Assembly: GCA_038087875.1 (NCBI GenBank) | Contig: CM075991.1 | Span: forward strand, 5,704,001 to 5,768,000 | DNA length: 64,000 nucleotides | Direction of reading: 5' to 3' | Origin: Malacoraja senta | Taxonomy: Eukaryota | Shown here: positions 37,188 to 49,700 of the stretch, one piece after another | Layout of the letters: each line of letters opens with the position of its first letter | How positions within the stretch are numbered: the first letter of the stretch is position 1 | Translations under genes and position numbers: made by a program | Notes under the pieces: model-generated | Databases searched by the model: none | Seen by the model: the letters and a program-made list of their open reading frames with translations, nothing else | What the model was told of the DNA's origin: nothing

Positions 37188-37478
37188 TCCACCCACCCAT
37201 CCACACATATAAACATACATGCATACATACACACATCCACACACATATCCATCCGTACGCACACTTCCGTGCATGCACACACATACACATACATTCACAC
37301 ATATATCCACACACACACACATCCACACATCCATCCGCACGCAGACGTACATGTACACATCCATGCATGCGCATACATCCACACACATACATCCATACAT
37401 ACATCCACACATCCATCCACACATCCATCCATCCACATATACATACACACTTAAATCCACACATCCACAGATACACCT
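37188..37478. repeat. Degenerate (CA)n/(CATC)n/(CATA)n microsatellite
   Basis: Directly visible low-complexity tract. Confidence 0.95.
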
Positions 37479-37867
37479 TTGATAGTTAATAATAATAATA
37501 CATTTTATTTGTACAGCGCATTTCTTTTTTTTAATTTTTTTTATTTTATTAGAAGTTAATACAATATAAAACAATACAGTGGCACATAATTTGGGTGCCA
37601 ACTATGTCATAACGTAATGCATTCTATGTACAACCTCTAGTTTTATGTTTTTGAAAAGGAGGTAAAAAATAAAAAATAAAAAATAAAAACATAGAGAAAA
37701 GAAAGTGGAAAAATAAATAGTAGAAAATAGAAAAACGTGAAGTGTGTATATAAGAAAAGAAAAAATAGAAAGTAGAAATAGTAGAAAAAGACCCTTAAAA
37801 AAGAAAATTTCAAATCTTTGTTTGGAGATGTAAATCTATCCACGACCTGACCTGAAATCAGTAATCT

Positions 37868-40800
37868 TTACGGTACTGCTGCATCACATGATTCCAAAAA
37901 GTCGATGAAAGGGGACCAACTCCTTAAGAATTGGTCATATTTATCTATTAGGCCGAGTCTCATTTCTTCAAGGTGTGCTATGTCCGTCATATTCCTAATC
38001 AACATTTTAATAGTTGGTATAGCTGTATTTTTCCAAAATTTATGTATCAATTTCTTTCCAATTATTAACCCATAATTAAAGAATACTTTTTGGTCTTTGT
38101 TTAAATTGATATCTTCTAATATTATTCCAAATATAATCCATTCCATATTAGGTTCTATTCTTGACTTGAAGAGCTTTGTAAATATATCAAATATATCGCT
38201 CCAATTCAACTTTGTACATCCTACAAATGAATGTGTTATATTGGCATTTTGAAACAAACATTTATCGCATCTGGGAGAGACATTTGGGTAAAATTCATTC
38301 AACCTCGTTTTTGAATAATATATTCTATGTAATAATTTAAATTGAATTAAATTATGTCTTGCATTAATGGAACAATTATGTGTATTCATCAGATACTTTT
38401 CCCATCTATCTTTCGGGATCTTTAATATTAGTTCATGTTCCCAATCTTCTCTTAGTGCCTCTGTTGAGGGTAATTCTCTATTTAATATACTATTATAAAA
38501 ATATGACATTAGTTTTTCTGAATCAGCCTTAATATTCATTGCTTCTTCTAAAGGGTCTAAAAATATAGTTTGAAATCTATGTATATATTTCTTCATAAAG
38601 TCACATATCTGTATATATTTAAAATATTGATTATCATTCAGTTTAAATTTTAATTTTAATTGTTGAAATGATAACAATTTGCCCAGTTCATACATATCTC
38701 CTACTTTCCTAATCCCTAATCTATCCCATTGTTTATATGTATTGTCGATAAGAGATGGTTTGAATGCAGGATTATTCAGAATTGGGGTTAATACTGATAG
38801 ATTATTTAATTTCAAGGATAATTTTATTTGTTTCCAAATTCTTATTGTATTGTGAATAATTGGGTTCTTCTTATATATTATACTATTCAATTTTATTGGT
38901 GAGAACAAGATCGTTCCTATATCGTACGGGAAACACTCGTCTTTTTCCATTCTTATCCACTCCGACGGGTGAGTTGAACTATCCAACCAGTACATTATGT
39001 TCTTAATATGCACTGCCCAGTAGTAATACGTAAAGTTAGGTAGTGATAAACCCCCAGCTTCTTTAGGTTTACACAAATGCTTTCGTTCAATTCTGTGTGC
39101 TCTATAATCCCATATAAAATTAGTGATATTAGAATCTAGTTTTTTGAAAAAATATTTCGGAATATATATTGGGATCGCTTGAAACAAATATATTAATTGT
39201 GGTAAGAAAGTCATTTTTATAGCGTTAATTCTACCTATCAATGAGAGTGGGAGCGTTTTCCAAAATTTAATCATAACATTCAATTTATTTAATAGTGGCA
39301 TAAAATTGGCGCTAAATAATGATTTGTGTCTTCTCGTAATTTGAATACCTAAATACTTGAATTTTTCTGTTGCAATTTTGAAAGGGAATTTTAATAAGTG
39401 TCTCGCATCCTATGGTTTTAAAGACATGATTTCGCTTTTATTCCAATTTATTCTATATCCTGAAAAAGAACCAAATTCCTCAATTAGTGTTAATAAGGTG
39501 GGAATACTCGTTTGTGTATTAGTAATATATAAAAGAATATGATCAGCATATAATGAAATTTTATTCTTTGAGTCCTTGGTGTTATATCCGTGAATATTCG
39601 GATGATTTCTAATCCTTTCAGCCAGCGGTTCTATCATAAGGGCAAATAGCAATGGTGATAAGGCACAACCCTGCCTATTACCCCTTGATAAATAAAAATT
39701 TGAAGATAACATATTGTTAGTTAATATTCTTGCCGTAGGTTTATCATAAAGTAGTTTAACACATCTAATAAAATTTTCTCCCGTATTAAATTTTTCGAGT
39801 ACCTTATATAAATACTGCCATTCTACCTGATCAAATGCCTTCTCTGCATCCAGCGTAACGACTGAAATATCTTCAATGTCCTCTTTGTGAGAGTTCATTA
39901 TATTGAAAAGCCTTCTCAAGTTATTAAATGATTGTCTTTTGGGTATAAATCCCGTTTGATCCGGGTTTACCAATTTATTAATATAATTATTCAGTCTTCT
40001 TGCTAGAATCTTTGCTAAAATTTTCTGATCCGTATTTAAAAGTGATATAGCTCTGTAAGAACCCGGTTCATCTAAATCTTTATCTTTTTTGGGTACAAGC
40101 GTTATTGTTGATTCTGCTAAAGTTTCTGGTAGTTTATTTTCGGTATACGCCTGCGTGTATAAATTGAGTAATCTTGGTACAAGTGACTCCTGAAAGCGTT
40201 TATAAAATTCATTACTAATACCATCTGGTCCTGGGGTCTTCCCAATTTTCAATTAGTTTATTATTTGTTTTATTTCTTCACTAGTAATCCGTGCTCCTAA
40301 TTCCTCTTGTTCTAAACGATCCAATTTAGGGAGGTTGCAAAGATCTAAACAATTTGTAATTTTACTATCATCTGTATTTATTTTAGTTGTGTATAAATTA
40401 TGATAAAATTGGGCAAACCTTTTATTAATATCCTTTGGTAATGTTAGAAGCTCACCCTTATCAGATTTAATTTTAGTGATAGTATTTGCCTTTTCTTGTT
40501 GCTTCAGTTGCCTCGCTAATAATTTATGTGGCTTATCCCCAAATTCGAAGTGTGCCTGTTTTGTAATTTGGAATAGTCTTATTACTCTACCCGATAATAT
40601 TCTATTGAGTTTATATTTCAATAAGGTTATCTTATTATGTTTATCTATAGTTGGGTCACTTGCATTGTCCAGTTCTAGTAATTTTATTTCCTGTTCTACC
40701 CTCTGAAGTTCACTTTTATTTTCTTTATTTTGATAACTTTGATAAGAGATTATAACACTGCGAATGTATGCCTTAAAGGTTTCCCATAATAGCGATACAG

Positions 40801-41671
40801 AAATACCCGGCGTATCATTTGTCTCGAAAGAAAATGGTGTTTCTTCTTTTATATACTCATAACCCTGCGGGTTATTTAATATTTGTGCGTTGAATTTCCA
40901 AAAAGATTTTATACCCGGCATTCCCTCGATTTTAAGTATAAAAGTCAGTGGTGAATGATCGGAAATAATACTATTATGATATGATGGTTTAATTGTATAC
41001 GGGATTAATTTTGTATCCACTAAGAAATAGTCAATTCGTGAATAAGTTTTATGAGGCGACGAGTAAAACGAATATTCCCTTCCAATTGGGTTTGCTATTC
41101 TCCAAACGTCAGTTATGTTATTATTTTTTATATAAGTATTTAAAAATTCACAGGTCTTAGTTTTAACTAGACGCTTCCCTACCTTTATTGATTTATCTAA
41201 GTATGGGTCTATAACACAATTAAAATCTCCCCCCATTATAATATTTTGATAATTATGCTCTGCAATTATATCTAGTATTTTCATAAAAAATTGGGGATTA
41301 TCAAAATTAGGCGCATAAATATTTATCATAGTTAATGGTGTATTGTAAATTTCTCCCGTGACTATAACGTATCTTCCCTCTTTATCAGATATGGACTTCT
41401 TTAATTTAAAAGGTATACCTTTCCGAATTATAATGACCGTGCCTCTTGCTTTAGAAGTGAATGAGGAGTAGTAGGTTTGACCTATCCAGTTTGCCCTTAA
41501 TCTGATCTGCGTTTGTTGTTTCAAATGCGTTTCTTGTAGGAAAGCAATATCAATGTTTAATGATTTTAATTGTGCCAGAATTTTACCCCTCTTAATTGGC
41601 TCATTCGCACCTCTAATGTTCCAACTACAAAAAGTGAGACCTCCGGTGTTTATTCGACTATTATCTTGCAT
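37868..41671 (-). pseudogene. L1 ORF2p (EN-RT-Cys), disrupted by frameshifts near 40253 and 39400
   Basis: Three consecutive ORFs of 472, 280 and 477 aa; catalytic YADD reads YADH. Confidence 0.92.
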
Positions 41672-42586
41672 TGGCTATTATTACCAGAATGTATAATTCA
41701 TGTGATGCAGCCAAGTACCTCGAAATCCCGAGTCCAGGGTTGTCCTTCATAATTTCTGCACTAGTTTTACATCTCCTGACACTATTAAACATAATTAAGG
41801 GAAAAAGAAAAACATAAAATGAAGTGTTCATAAAGATTGTTAAATCATACAACGCATAATAGTGAATAAACAAAAAAAGTGAATGTAAGTTATCAAAAAG
41901 GCGATATCTTACAAAAAAGCCACCTACGGTGGCTAAGATTTGTTTTAAATTGACCTCCGTCGATGGAATTATGCACTGGGCTTTGTCCCCCTAGTAAAAT
42001 ATCATCCAACATTAGTTGGTTTCCTCCACATAACCAAAATTATCATGTCAGGTCGATTAATAGCCAAAAAATTTAAAATAAAATAGAAGAAAAGCTAGAA
42101 GATTTACAATAAAATAAAATAGAATTATTATCGTCATTAATCAGACTTTTCATTAGCCTGTATGTTAGTTGATTCGTAATTAGTATTTAGAATATCTGTC
42201 TAACCTCCCCCATCCTTCCTACTATATAGTTAGTCATGTTAGTATAATACATTAAACCTTTAGGGTTAATTTAGTTGATTGCGTATATATAATTAATTAG
42301 TTAGTTAGTTATATGCTGTATATCTAAATAATAGATCATATAGTACTAAGACAAAGGCAGACCAACAAGACTGTTATAAATTCAAAAAAGAACAGTCAAT
42401 AAAACTCAGGGCTGAAAAACTTGGCGCAGAGCCTGCGACCTTGAACTTTCCATCTGTTGAGCCTCAGTTTTTCAATTCAAGATAAAGTTGGGACTCTGTT
42501 ATTAAAAAACACATTCTGGCCAAATAAGTATGTCTGAAAACCGTCTAAACAAAGTAAAAAACAAGTTCAGCCGGCGTAGTGTCTCG

Positions 42587-43702
42587 TTATTCTTTTCCTT
42601 GAATTTTATTTAAAATCTCCTGGGCATATTTGCAAGCTGAATCCGGATCCGTGAATGAACGTTGCTTAGCATTGTACGTAATTAACATTTTAGCAGGGTA
42701 GATAACTCCGTAACGAACTTCAGAATGTCCTTGTACGATACTGCTTGCACTTTTAAACTGGCGTATTTTTGCCAGTATTTCCCGAGGGTAGTCTCTGTAA
42801 AATCTAACAATATTATCAGCGAATGTAAGATTTTCTCCATAAGATATCTTGTTTAATAAATTTTCCAAAGTCGAAATGTCTAAGAACTTTACAATAATTT
42901 GACGTGGTGGAGCATTCGCTCCTCTTTGGAAGCGACCAACACGATGAGCCACATCTATCTTTGGTTTTTCTGGCAGTTTGAAAACATCTTTACGTAAATT
43001 AGTGATAAAATCACCCATTTCAGAGCCGTGCTCTGCCCCCTCTTTAACTCCTATTATTCTCAAATTCTGCCTCCTTGACCTGGCTTCCAAATCTTGACAT
43101 TTCTCATTCAGTTTATTCGTCAGCTCCCAATTCGCGTCGTGTTCTTTTTTCAAACCTGTTATTTCCTGGCCCATCTGCTGCATTTCACCCTCCATCTCTT
43201 CCATCAATTTTTCAGTCTTTGTTAATTGCTTCAGCAGGGAGTCATGTTTATTGTTATAATCTCTCTGCATTCTTTCCAATTCCTTAGCAGTCCTCGACTC
43301 CAAATCTTTGAACTGCTGGTTCAGGGATACGTAAAGTTCCTTTAATTCTCCACAGCTAGTGTCAATTTTCTCAGAGAGATTATCCTCCATTGAAGAAAAA
43401 TTGTTCTGCATTCTGGAATTCATTTTAGCAAATTGCTTCTGAAGATCTTTAGTAATGTCTTTAGTAATATTAACTCTTACCGATGCTTCCCAGCTTTTCA
43501 TTTCTTTCTCCCTTTCTTTTAACTCTTTTGTTTCAGCACTTGCAGCCATTTCGACTGTTGGTTGTTGAGATTCTAGCTCCTCTTCCAAACTTTCAAATGT
43601 AGATTCAGGAGTGGTTTCAAGCTCATCCAGAGCTTTTTGGAGCTGGAGCTGGAGACTGATTGTAGTCTTCTTGGGTCCTCTCTGACCTCTTCCCTTTTTC
43701 AT
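42587..43702 (-). CDS. L1 ORF1p (intact, 371 aa)
   Basis: Coiled coil followed by DLEARSRRQNLRIIGVKEG, DVAHRV, PRQIIVKF, FYRDY, IYPAKM. Confidence 0.93.
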   Translation of the reverse strand: MKKGRGQRGPKKTTISLQLQLQKALDELETTPESTFESLEEELESQQPTVEMAASAETKELKEREKEMKSWEASVRVNITKDITKDLQKQFAKMNSRMQNNFSSMEDNLSEKIDTSCGELKELYVSLNQQFKDLESRTAKELERMQRDYNNKHDSLLKQLTKTEKLMEEMEGEMQQMGQEITGLKKEHDANWELTNKLNEKCQDLEARSRRQNLRIIGVKEGAEHGSEMGDFITNLRKDVFKLPEKPKIDVAHRVGRFQRGANAPPRQIIVKFLDISTLENLLNKISYGENLTFADNIVRFYRDYPREILAKIRQFKSASSIVQGHSEVRYGVIYPAKMLITYNAKQRSFTDPDSACKYAQEILNKIQGKE

Positions 43703-43899
43703 CCGATTTTTACCGGTAAAATCGTTTTAAATCCCGATTCCACCGGCACCGTCTGATGACATCAGTACCCACGAGGTTCAGCAATCCCGGTAAGAGTTTT
43801 TAAATCGATCCTGGCGTAGGAACCGAGTTTATACACGATTTGTCGGGAGCAGAGCTCTGTGCAGCTGTCTTACTGCTTCATAGCAGCCACCGGAAGTCC

Positions 43900-45040
43900 G
43901 TACAGCGCATTTCAAGGACTCAAAGTCGCTTTACATGGAGAGTCAAGAACAAAATATAATAGAACAAAATAGGGCAATAAGACAGAGATGAAAAGGAGAG
44001 GGGGACATGGGACTAAGGGTATGCCGAGGTGAAGAGATGGGTCTTGAGGCGGGACTGGAGGATGGTGAGGGACTCAGAATTTCGGATCAATTGTGAGAGG
44101 GAGTTCCAGAGCCTGGGAACTGCCCTGGAGAAGGCTCTGTCTCCAAAAGTGCAGAGGTTGGATTTCGGAATGGAGAGGAGACCTACTGATATGGATCTGA
44201 GGGACCGAGAGGGTTGGTAGGGGGAGAGGAAGTCAGTGAGATAAGGGGGGGGGGGCAAGTGGTTGAGGGCTTTGTAAATGAGGACCAGGATTTTGTAGAT
44301 GATCCGGTGGGAAATGGGAAGGCAGTGAATTTCTTTGAGAACTGGGGTGATGTGGTGCCAGGATTTGGTGTGGGTGATGAGTTGCGCGGCTACATTCTAG
44401 AACAGTTGGAGTCTGTTGATGTTGCTGGAATTAATGCGAAAGAGAAGAGAGTTACAGTAGTCCAGTCGGGAGGAGATGAAGGCATGGATGAGTCTTTCAG
44501 CAGCGGGGGGTGTGAGAGCGGGTCTGATTTTGGCAATGATGCGGAGGTGAAAAAATGATGTTTTGATAACATGGCCGATGTGAGGCTCAAGGGAGAGTGT
44601 TGAGTCAAAGATCACGCCAAGGTTGCGGGCCTGAGGAGATGGGGAGACATTGGTGCCGTCAAATGTGAGAGTGGTGTTGTGAATTTTGGTAAGTGTTGAT
44701 TTGGAGCCAATGAGGAGAAATTCTGTTTTGTTACTGTTTAATTTAAGGAAGTTGAGTTGCATCCAAGATTTGATGGCTGACAGGCAGGAGTTGATATGGG
44801 AGAGAGGGGGTGGTGGGAGGACTTGGTGCTGAGATAGATCTGGGTGTCATCAGCATAGCAATGGAAGTCCACATTGAAGTGACGGAGTATATGACCATGG
44901 GGGAGGATGTAATGATGAAGAGGAGGGGACCGAGAACGGAGCCTTGGGGAACGCCTTGAGTGACAGTGGCTGTGGCAGAGCTGTGGTTATGGAGAGAGAT
45001 GAAGTGGGATCGGTTGGAAAGGTGAGGAACGGAGCCAGCT
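43900..45040 (-). mobile_element. L2 LINE 3' part (its extreme 3' end, ~37487-37524, lies beyond L1-B)
   Basis: QGVPQGSVLGPLLF, NFLKLNSNKTE, SRLDYCNSLL, GDRAFS..PRLWNSL; (TAA)n tail at ~37488-37500. Confidence 0.9.
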
Positions 45041-45622
45041 GAGAGCAGAACCTTCGTGCCAAGGTCTTTAAGTCTGGTAAGCACAGACACACACACAAAC
45101 TAGATACTCAAACAAAGCAACACTTTTAGGGTTATTTTAGGTTAAAGGTAATAGCCCTCATTTGCAAAGGCACCATCGGTGGGTCTCTAACATAAATATA
45201 GGCTCATTGTAGCTTAAAATGAATACTCATCGAGAAAACATCAGAGCATTCGATTCTTGGTCAGGATTGACATTTATATCAGAAATCAGACAGGTCTCTT
45301 ACAGGTCTGTCACCCAGCCTGGCACTGCCCCAGTCCCACTATGGCAGTTAACCCTACACTCCACACTATGGCAGTCAATGGGGTTCAGTAAACGGGGTAA
45401 CACAGAGGATCTGCCCTGACCCTTAAATTAGGCAGGTTCATGAGCCCTTAAAACCTGGGACCTCTGCTGCAGTCTCATTAAATTTCCTATTAAAGCGACA
45501 GGAAGATGCCTTGCAGGACTGCCCCCCAGCCTGGAACTGCCCCAGTCCCACCATGGCCGCGACCCCACCTCTGCACAATGGCAGTCAGTGAGGTTCTGTA
45601 AAGAGAGGAAACCACAAGAACT

Positions 45623-46605
45623 GTGTTTTTATTCCTTTCCACTTCAACTGTTCTATTAAAAAGATATGGAATAATTCCCACGTGGGTGTTGAGCACCATT
45701 CCGCAATTTCCAACCCCGGAAGGTTCAACGTCACCAGAATGTGACGGGAATGGGGAACAGAAGTTACCTTTTCTTCCTTCGGGGGCATCACGTACCCGTG
45801 ACAATCTACCACCTTAACATCCTCATCACAGAGGGTTGGGCTCACGGCAGTTGTGGCTCTGGATAAGGGAGTTGACCATCTATTTAACCACACCATGCCA
45901 CCTTGATCTCCACATACTACAGTAATGGGGTCTTCGGAATTACTTTGATTTATAATAAACCGCATTTGTCTCTCTCTCCTTTGATCCCCAGGGAGCCCCA
46001 AACACTACAATTCCAGCAATTCCACGCAACATTTTTGCCCTTCACATTGCACCGCTTCCTCTTCCAATAATGTAGCTCAATTTGTGCAAGTGACTGTATT
46101 TACATCATTAACAACTGTATTCATTCCATCAATTTTCAGTTAGGGTTTCTGATGATTCAATGTTGTGCCGTTGGAGCACTCTTGACTCCAGCCTGATGCA
46201 TGCATTATGTGAAACCCTGTGAAAATAAAAACAAATCCAGACCCTTGCCAGTTGTGGTAGTTCAATTCTTCCTTTATGGTTTATACTGTTTCTACTGAGT
46301 TCAATGTTTCCATTTAGCAGTCCTATTCATGTCAACGAGAAAAGATATTTCACCTTACAATTTAACACCATGTTGCCCACCCACCAGGGCTGGAGAGCAG
46401 CCCATTCCGGGAGAATTCTAACCATTACCTGATTTCCGTTCTTCGACCTTTTAGCTTAAATGCTTACTTTTCCTTTTCCTAATATTTGATCCTCTACTGA
46501 ACAAATAACTCATAATGAAGTTGAAGACATTTATTTACTAACTCTTGGATGTACCCAATATTATTCCATTTCCATTGCAGGCATGTGCTCCTATCGTTTT
46601 TATAT
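45623..46605 (-). mobile_element. Endogenous retrovirus fragment: integrase C-terminus + env leader/SU
   Basis: GNQVMVRILPEWAALQPWWVG...GEISFLVDMNRTAKWKH*TQ*K (GPY/F-type integrase tail), then a nearly open Cys- and N-glycosylation-site-rich frame of ~200 codons; overlaps the TM piece via TTCCTTTCCACTTC (45632-45645 = 15321-15334). Confidence 0.65.
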
Positions 46606-46788
46606 CTTCAGTAGGTGGATAACTCACTGATATACAGAGAATTGTGAGGTGTTGCATTTTGGGACGTCGAACAAGGGCAGGACATACACAGTAAATGGTA
46701 GGACTCCGGATAGTGTTGTAGAACAGAGGGATCTAGGAGTACGTGCATCGTTCCTTGAAGGTTGAGTCGCGGGTAGATAATTTGGTCA

Positions 46789-49700
46789 AAAAGGCTTTTG
46801 GCACTTTCGCCTTCATCAGTCAGAGTATTGAATATAGAAGTTGGGAGTTCATGTTGCAGTTGTATAAGACGTTGGTGCGACCGCATCTAGAATATTATGT
46901 TCAGTTCTGGGCACTATGTTATAGGGAAGATATTGTCAAGCTTGAAAGTGTTCAGAAAAGATTTACGAGGATGTTGCTAGGACTGGAGGGTGTGAGTTAT
47001 AGGGAGAGGTTGAGTAGTCTATTCCATGCAGAGGAGGAGGATGAGGGGTGGTCTTATAGAGGTGTACAAAATCATGAGACAAATAGATCGGGTAGATGCA
47101 CAGAGTCTCTGGCCCAGAATAAAGCTATCGATTGCCAGAAGACTTAGGTTCAATGAAATGATTTAATAGTAATCCGAGGGGCAACTTTTTCACACAAAAG
47201 GTGGTGAGTGTGTGGAGCAAGCTCGCAGAAGAGGTAGTTGTGGTTGGGACTATCCCATATTTTAAGAAACAGTTAGACAGGTTAGTACAGATTTGGAGGG
47301 ATAGGGACCAAGCGCAGGTTAGTCAAATCGGCAGAGCGGTGGCAGGTGAAGGAGTGAGTGAGTTTATTGGCTGAGGAATGTAATTACCAAAAAATGGTAA
47401 GTTTGCGAATTGGTCAATTTATCAGCTAATATAAGCAAGGCTTGCTCTAGGGGAGCGGCCTGTCGGGAAGCCGCCTTGTCGAGCGAAGTACCTTGTGAGA
47501 AAAGTGCGAGACTTTTGGATCGTGAGCCTTGTGAGAAAAGTACGAGTTTTGGCTCGAGAGTCTTCATCGAGGAGGCTGAGTCGCAGAGAAGAAATGACAG
47601 GTACGCTGATTCAGTGCGATGCTTGCACGATGTAGGAGGATAGGGACACTGTTGGTACTTCTGGTTGTTACAAGTGTGGAAGTGTTCTGGTTCAGCTCCT
47701 GAAGGACCGTGTTGGGGTACTGGAGAGGCAACTGGATGAACTCAGGATCATCCGGGAAAACGAGAGTTTGCTGGACAGGATATCCAGCGAGATCGTTACA
47801 CCGAAGGTACCGGAAGAGAGAAGGTGGGTGACGATGAGGAAGGGAAGGAAGCTGGAGAGTATAGGAAACCCCGGGGGATGTACCTCTTGAAAAAAGGTTC
47901 ACCCTCTTGGAAGCTGTCGGGACAAAAGACACTGTCATTCTGAGTGTGGAACAGGTCTGCGAGTCAAAACGTAGCGCTGAAGCAAAGCCGAAGTGACAGA
48001 CGTCAGGCAGAGTAGTCGGGGACGATCGCGAGAGGTGCCAAGAGAGCCAAATTGGAAATATAAGAATGGAATTAAGGAGAAAGAGAGTATAGGAAAAGTT
48101 AAGAAAGTCACCAGAATTAACGGGGCAGTGAGCACACAAAGGGATAGGAGAGTATGACCAAGTGAAATAGGAATCGATGTGACATGTGAGGTGAGTAATG
48201 GATTAAAAGTAGTATATATGAATGCGCGAAGTAAAATAAGTATAATAGATGGCGCGGCCGGTTCCAGTCGCCGGAACCTCCTGAAGAACCGCCCTCTCAA
48301 GATGGCGCGGCCTGGTCCTGTTGACGTCGTGGCAGCTCCGCGGAGATTGTGCGTTTTTTAAACTAGTACTTTTATTTTTAATATCTTTCAGACTAATAAC
48401 ACATCAGCACTAACACTCTCCGATCGTAAAACACGTTTAAACTTATACTTTAGAATAACCCATTTTTTTGTAGACACTTTATTGACCGATCCAGCATGGC
48501 CGGCAGAGATCATGAGAGCGATCCGCGGCAACAACGATGGGAGCGCGGCTCCGGGAACAAGTCGGAAAAAAACATTGAGGTAAGCGGGAGGAGATTCGGA
48601 ACAGGGAAAAAGCTTGTTGAGTAAATCACACATACTCACAGATCTGGTTTAACAATATTTATTAAGACACGTATACAAAACACTTCAGCATGTTACTCCT
48701 ATCATGCAGAAGTACAGACTGACAGCGCATGTCGGGTTGCCATAATATTAATGGCGTGGTAGTAGGTGTGGCTTTAAATAATAAAGCACTACATTAGTTA
48801 GTAGGTAAAGTAACAAAACTACATCTTGTAAGGATATCAAGTGAAACACATCTACAATAAAGTGATATATATGTAGAAGCACGTTACTGGCAGCTGACTG
48901 ATTAATAATGTAACCGAAACGCTAATAGCGCATACGTACTATTGATACAAACAAAGTCCCCGTATCTAAAGGGCGTCCTACAAACCCATCCCGCGAGCAT
49001 CGGTACAGATCCGCATCTCCTCCCTTCACCGTGCGGCGGGAGCACTGGGGACCCGGGGGACAAACACGGCGATTAAGATGAGCGGAGCACCGAGCGTGGT
49101 GGCGAGGGAGCTGGAGTCACAATCAATGGTTGGTCTGCAGCTGCACGTCGTGACAGAGGAGAAAGTCCGTCAGTAGATGTGTAGATCGGAAGCGTCGCAT
49201 CAGGATACGAGACAGCAGGACGTGGTTCCTTCACAGGAAGGAGATGTTGACGCCTGTAGATCCCTCCGTCTGCACTCACCGGGCATGAGCGCGGCTCTTT
49301 TTCGGAATTGTGAATGAAGTTCAAACGGTCCTAGCCCTTGTTGGTTTGAAGGCGAGCGACTTGGCCACTGGAGAGAGGTTTATGTGGTCAAATAATCGTG
49401 TTTGGTTATCGCGATTCAGTTGATGTTGTCACTGGATGGCTAGTGGTAAACGAACCTGTGGCTGCAGTAGTTGTTTGGGCACAGGAAGTGCAGCACGGGT
49501 CTGTCGGGACATCAGGCGTTGGACAGGAGACCCCAGTTTTGGGTCACAGGCGATGTTTCTCAGGTTTAGCAGGTGAGACATCGGATTTAGCAAAGTGTGA
49601 GCGCTCCATCAATTGCTTGGCGCTCCGGACAGACCGTTCTGCAAGTCCAATTGATTGTGGGAATTCTGGACTGCTGGTGAGAGGGTGAAAATCCCATCGT

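Larger units (their letters stand above)
37525..43899 (-). mobile_element. Full-length L1 (L1-B, 6375 bp) with 14-bp TSD
   Basis: TSD GTACAGCGCATTTC at 37511-37524 and 43900-43913; 5' end GGACTTCCGG; ORF1, 915-bp spacer, ORF2, poly(A). Confidence 0.97.

Noticed and set aside
37106..37601. His/Thr-rich and Cys/Val/Met-rich ORFs
   Set aside because: Translation artefacts of a CA-type microsatellite.
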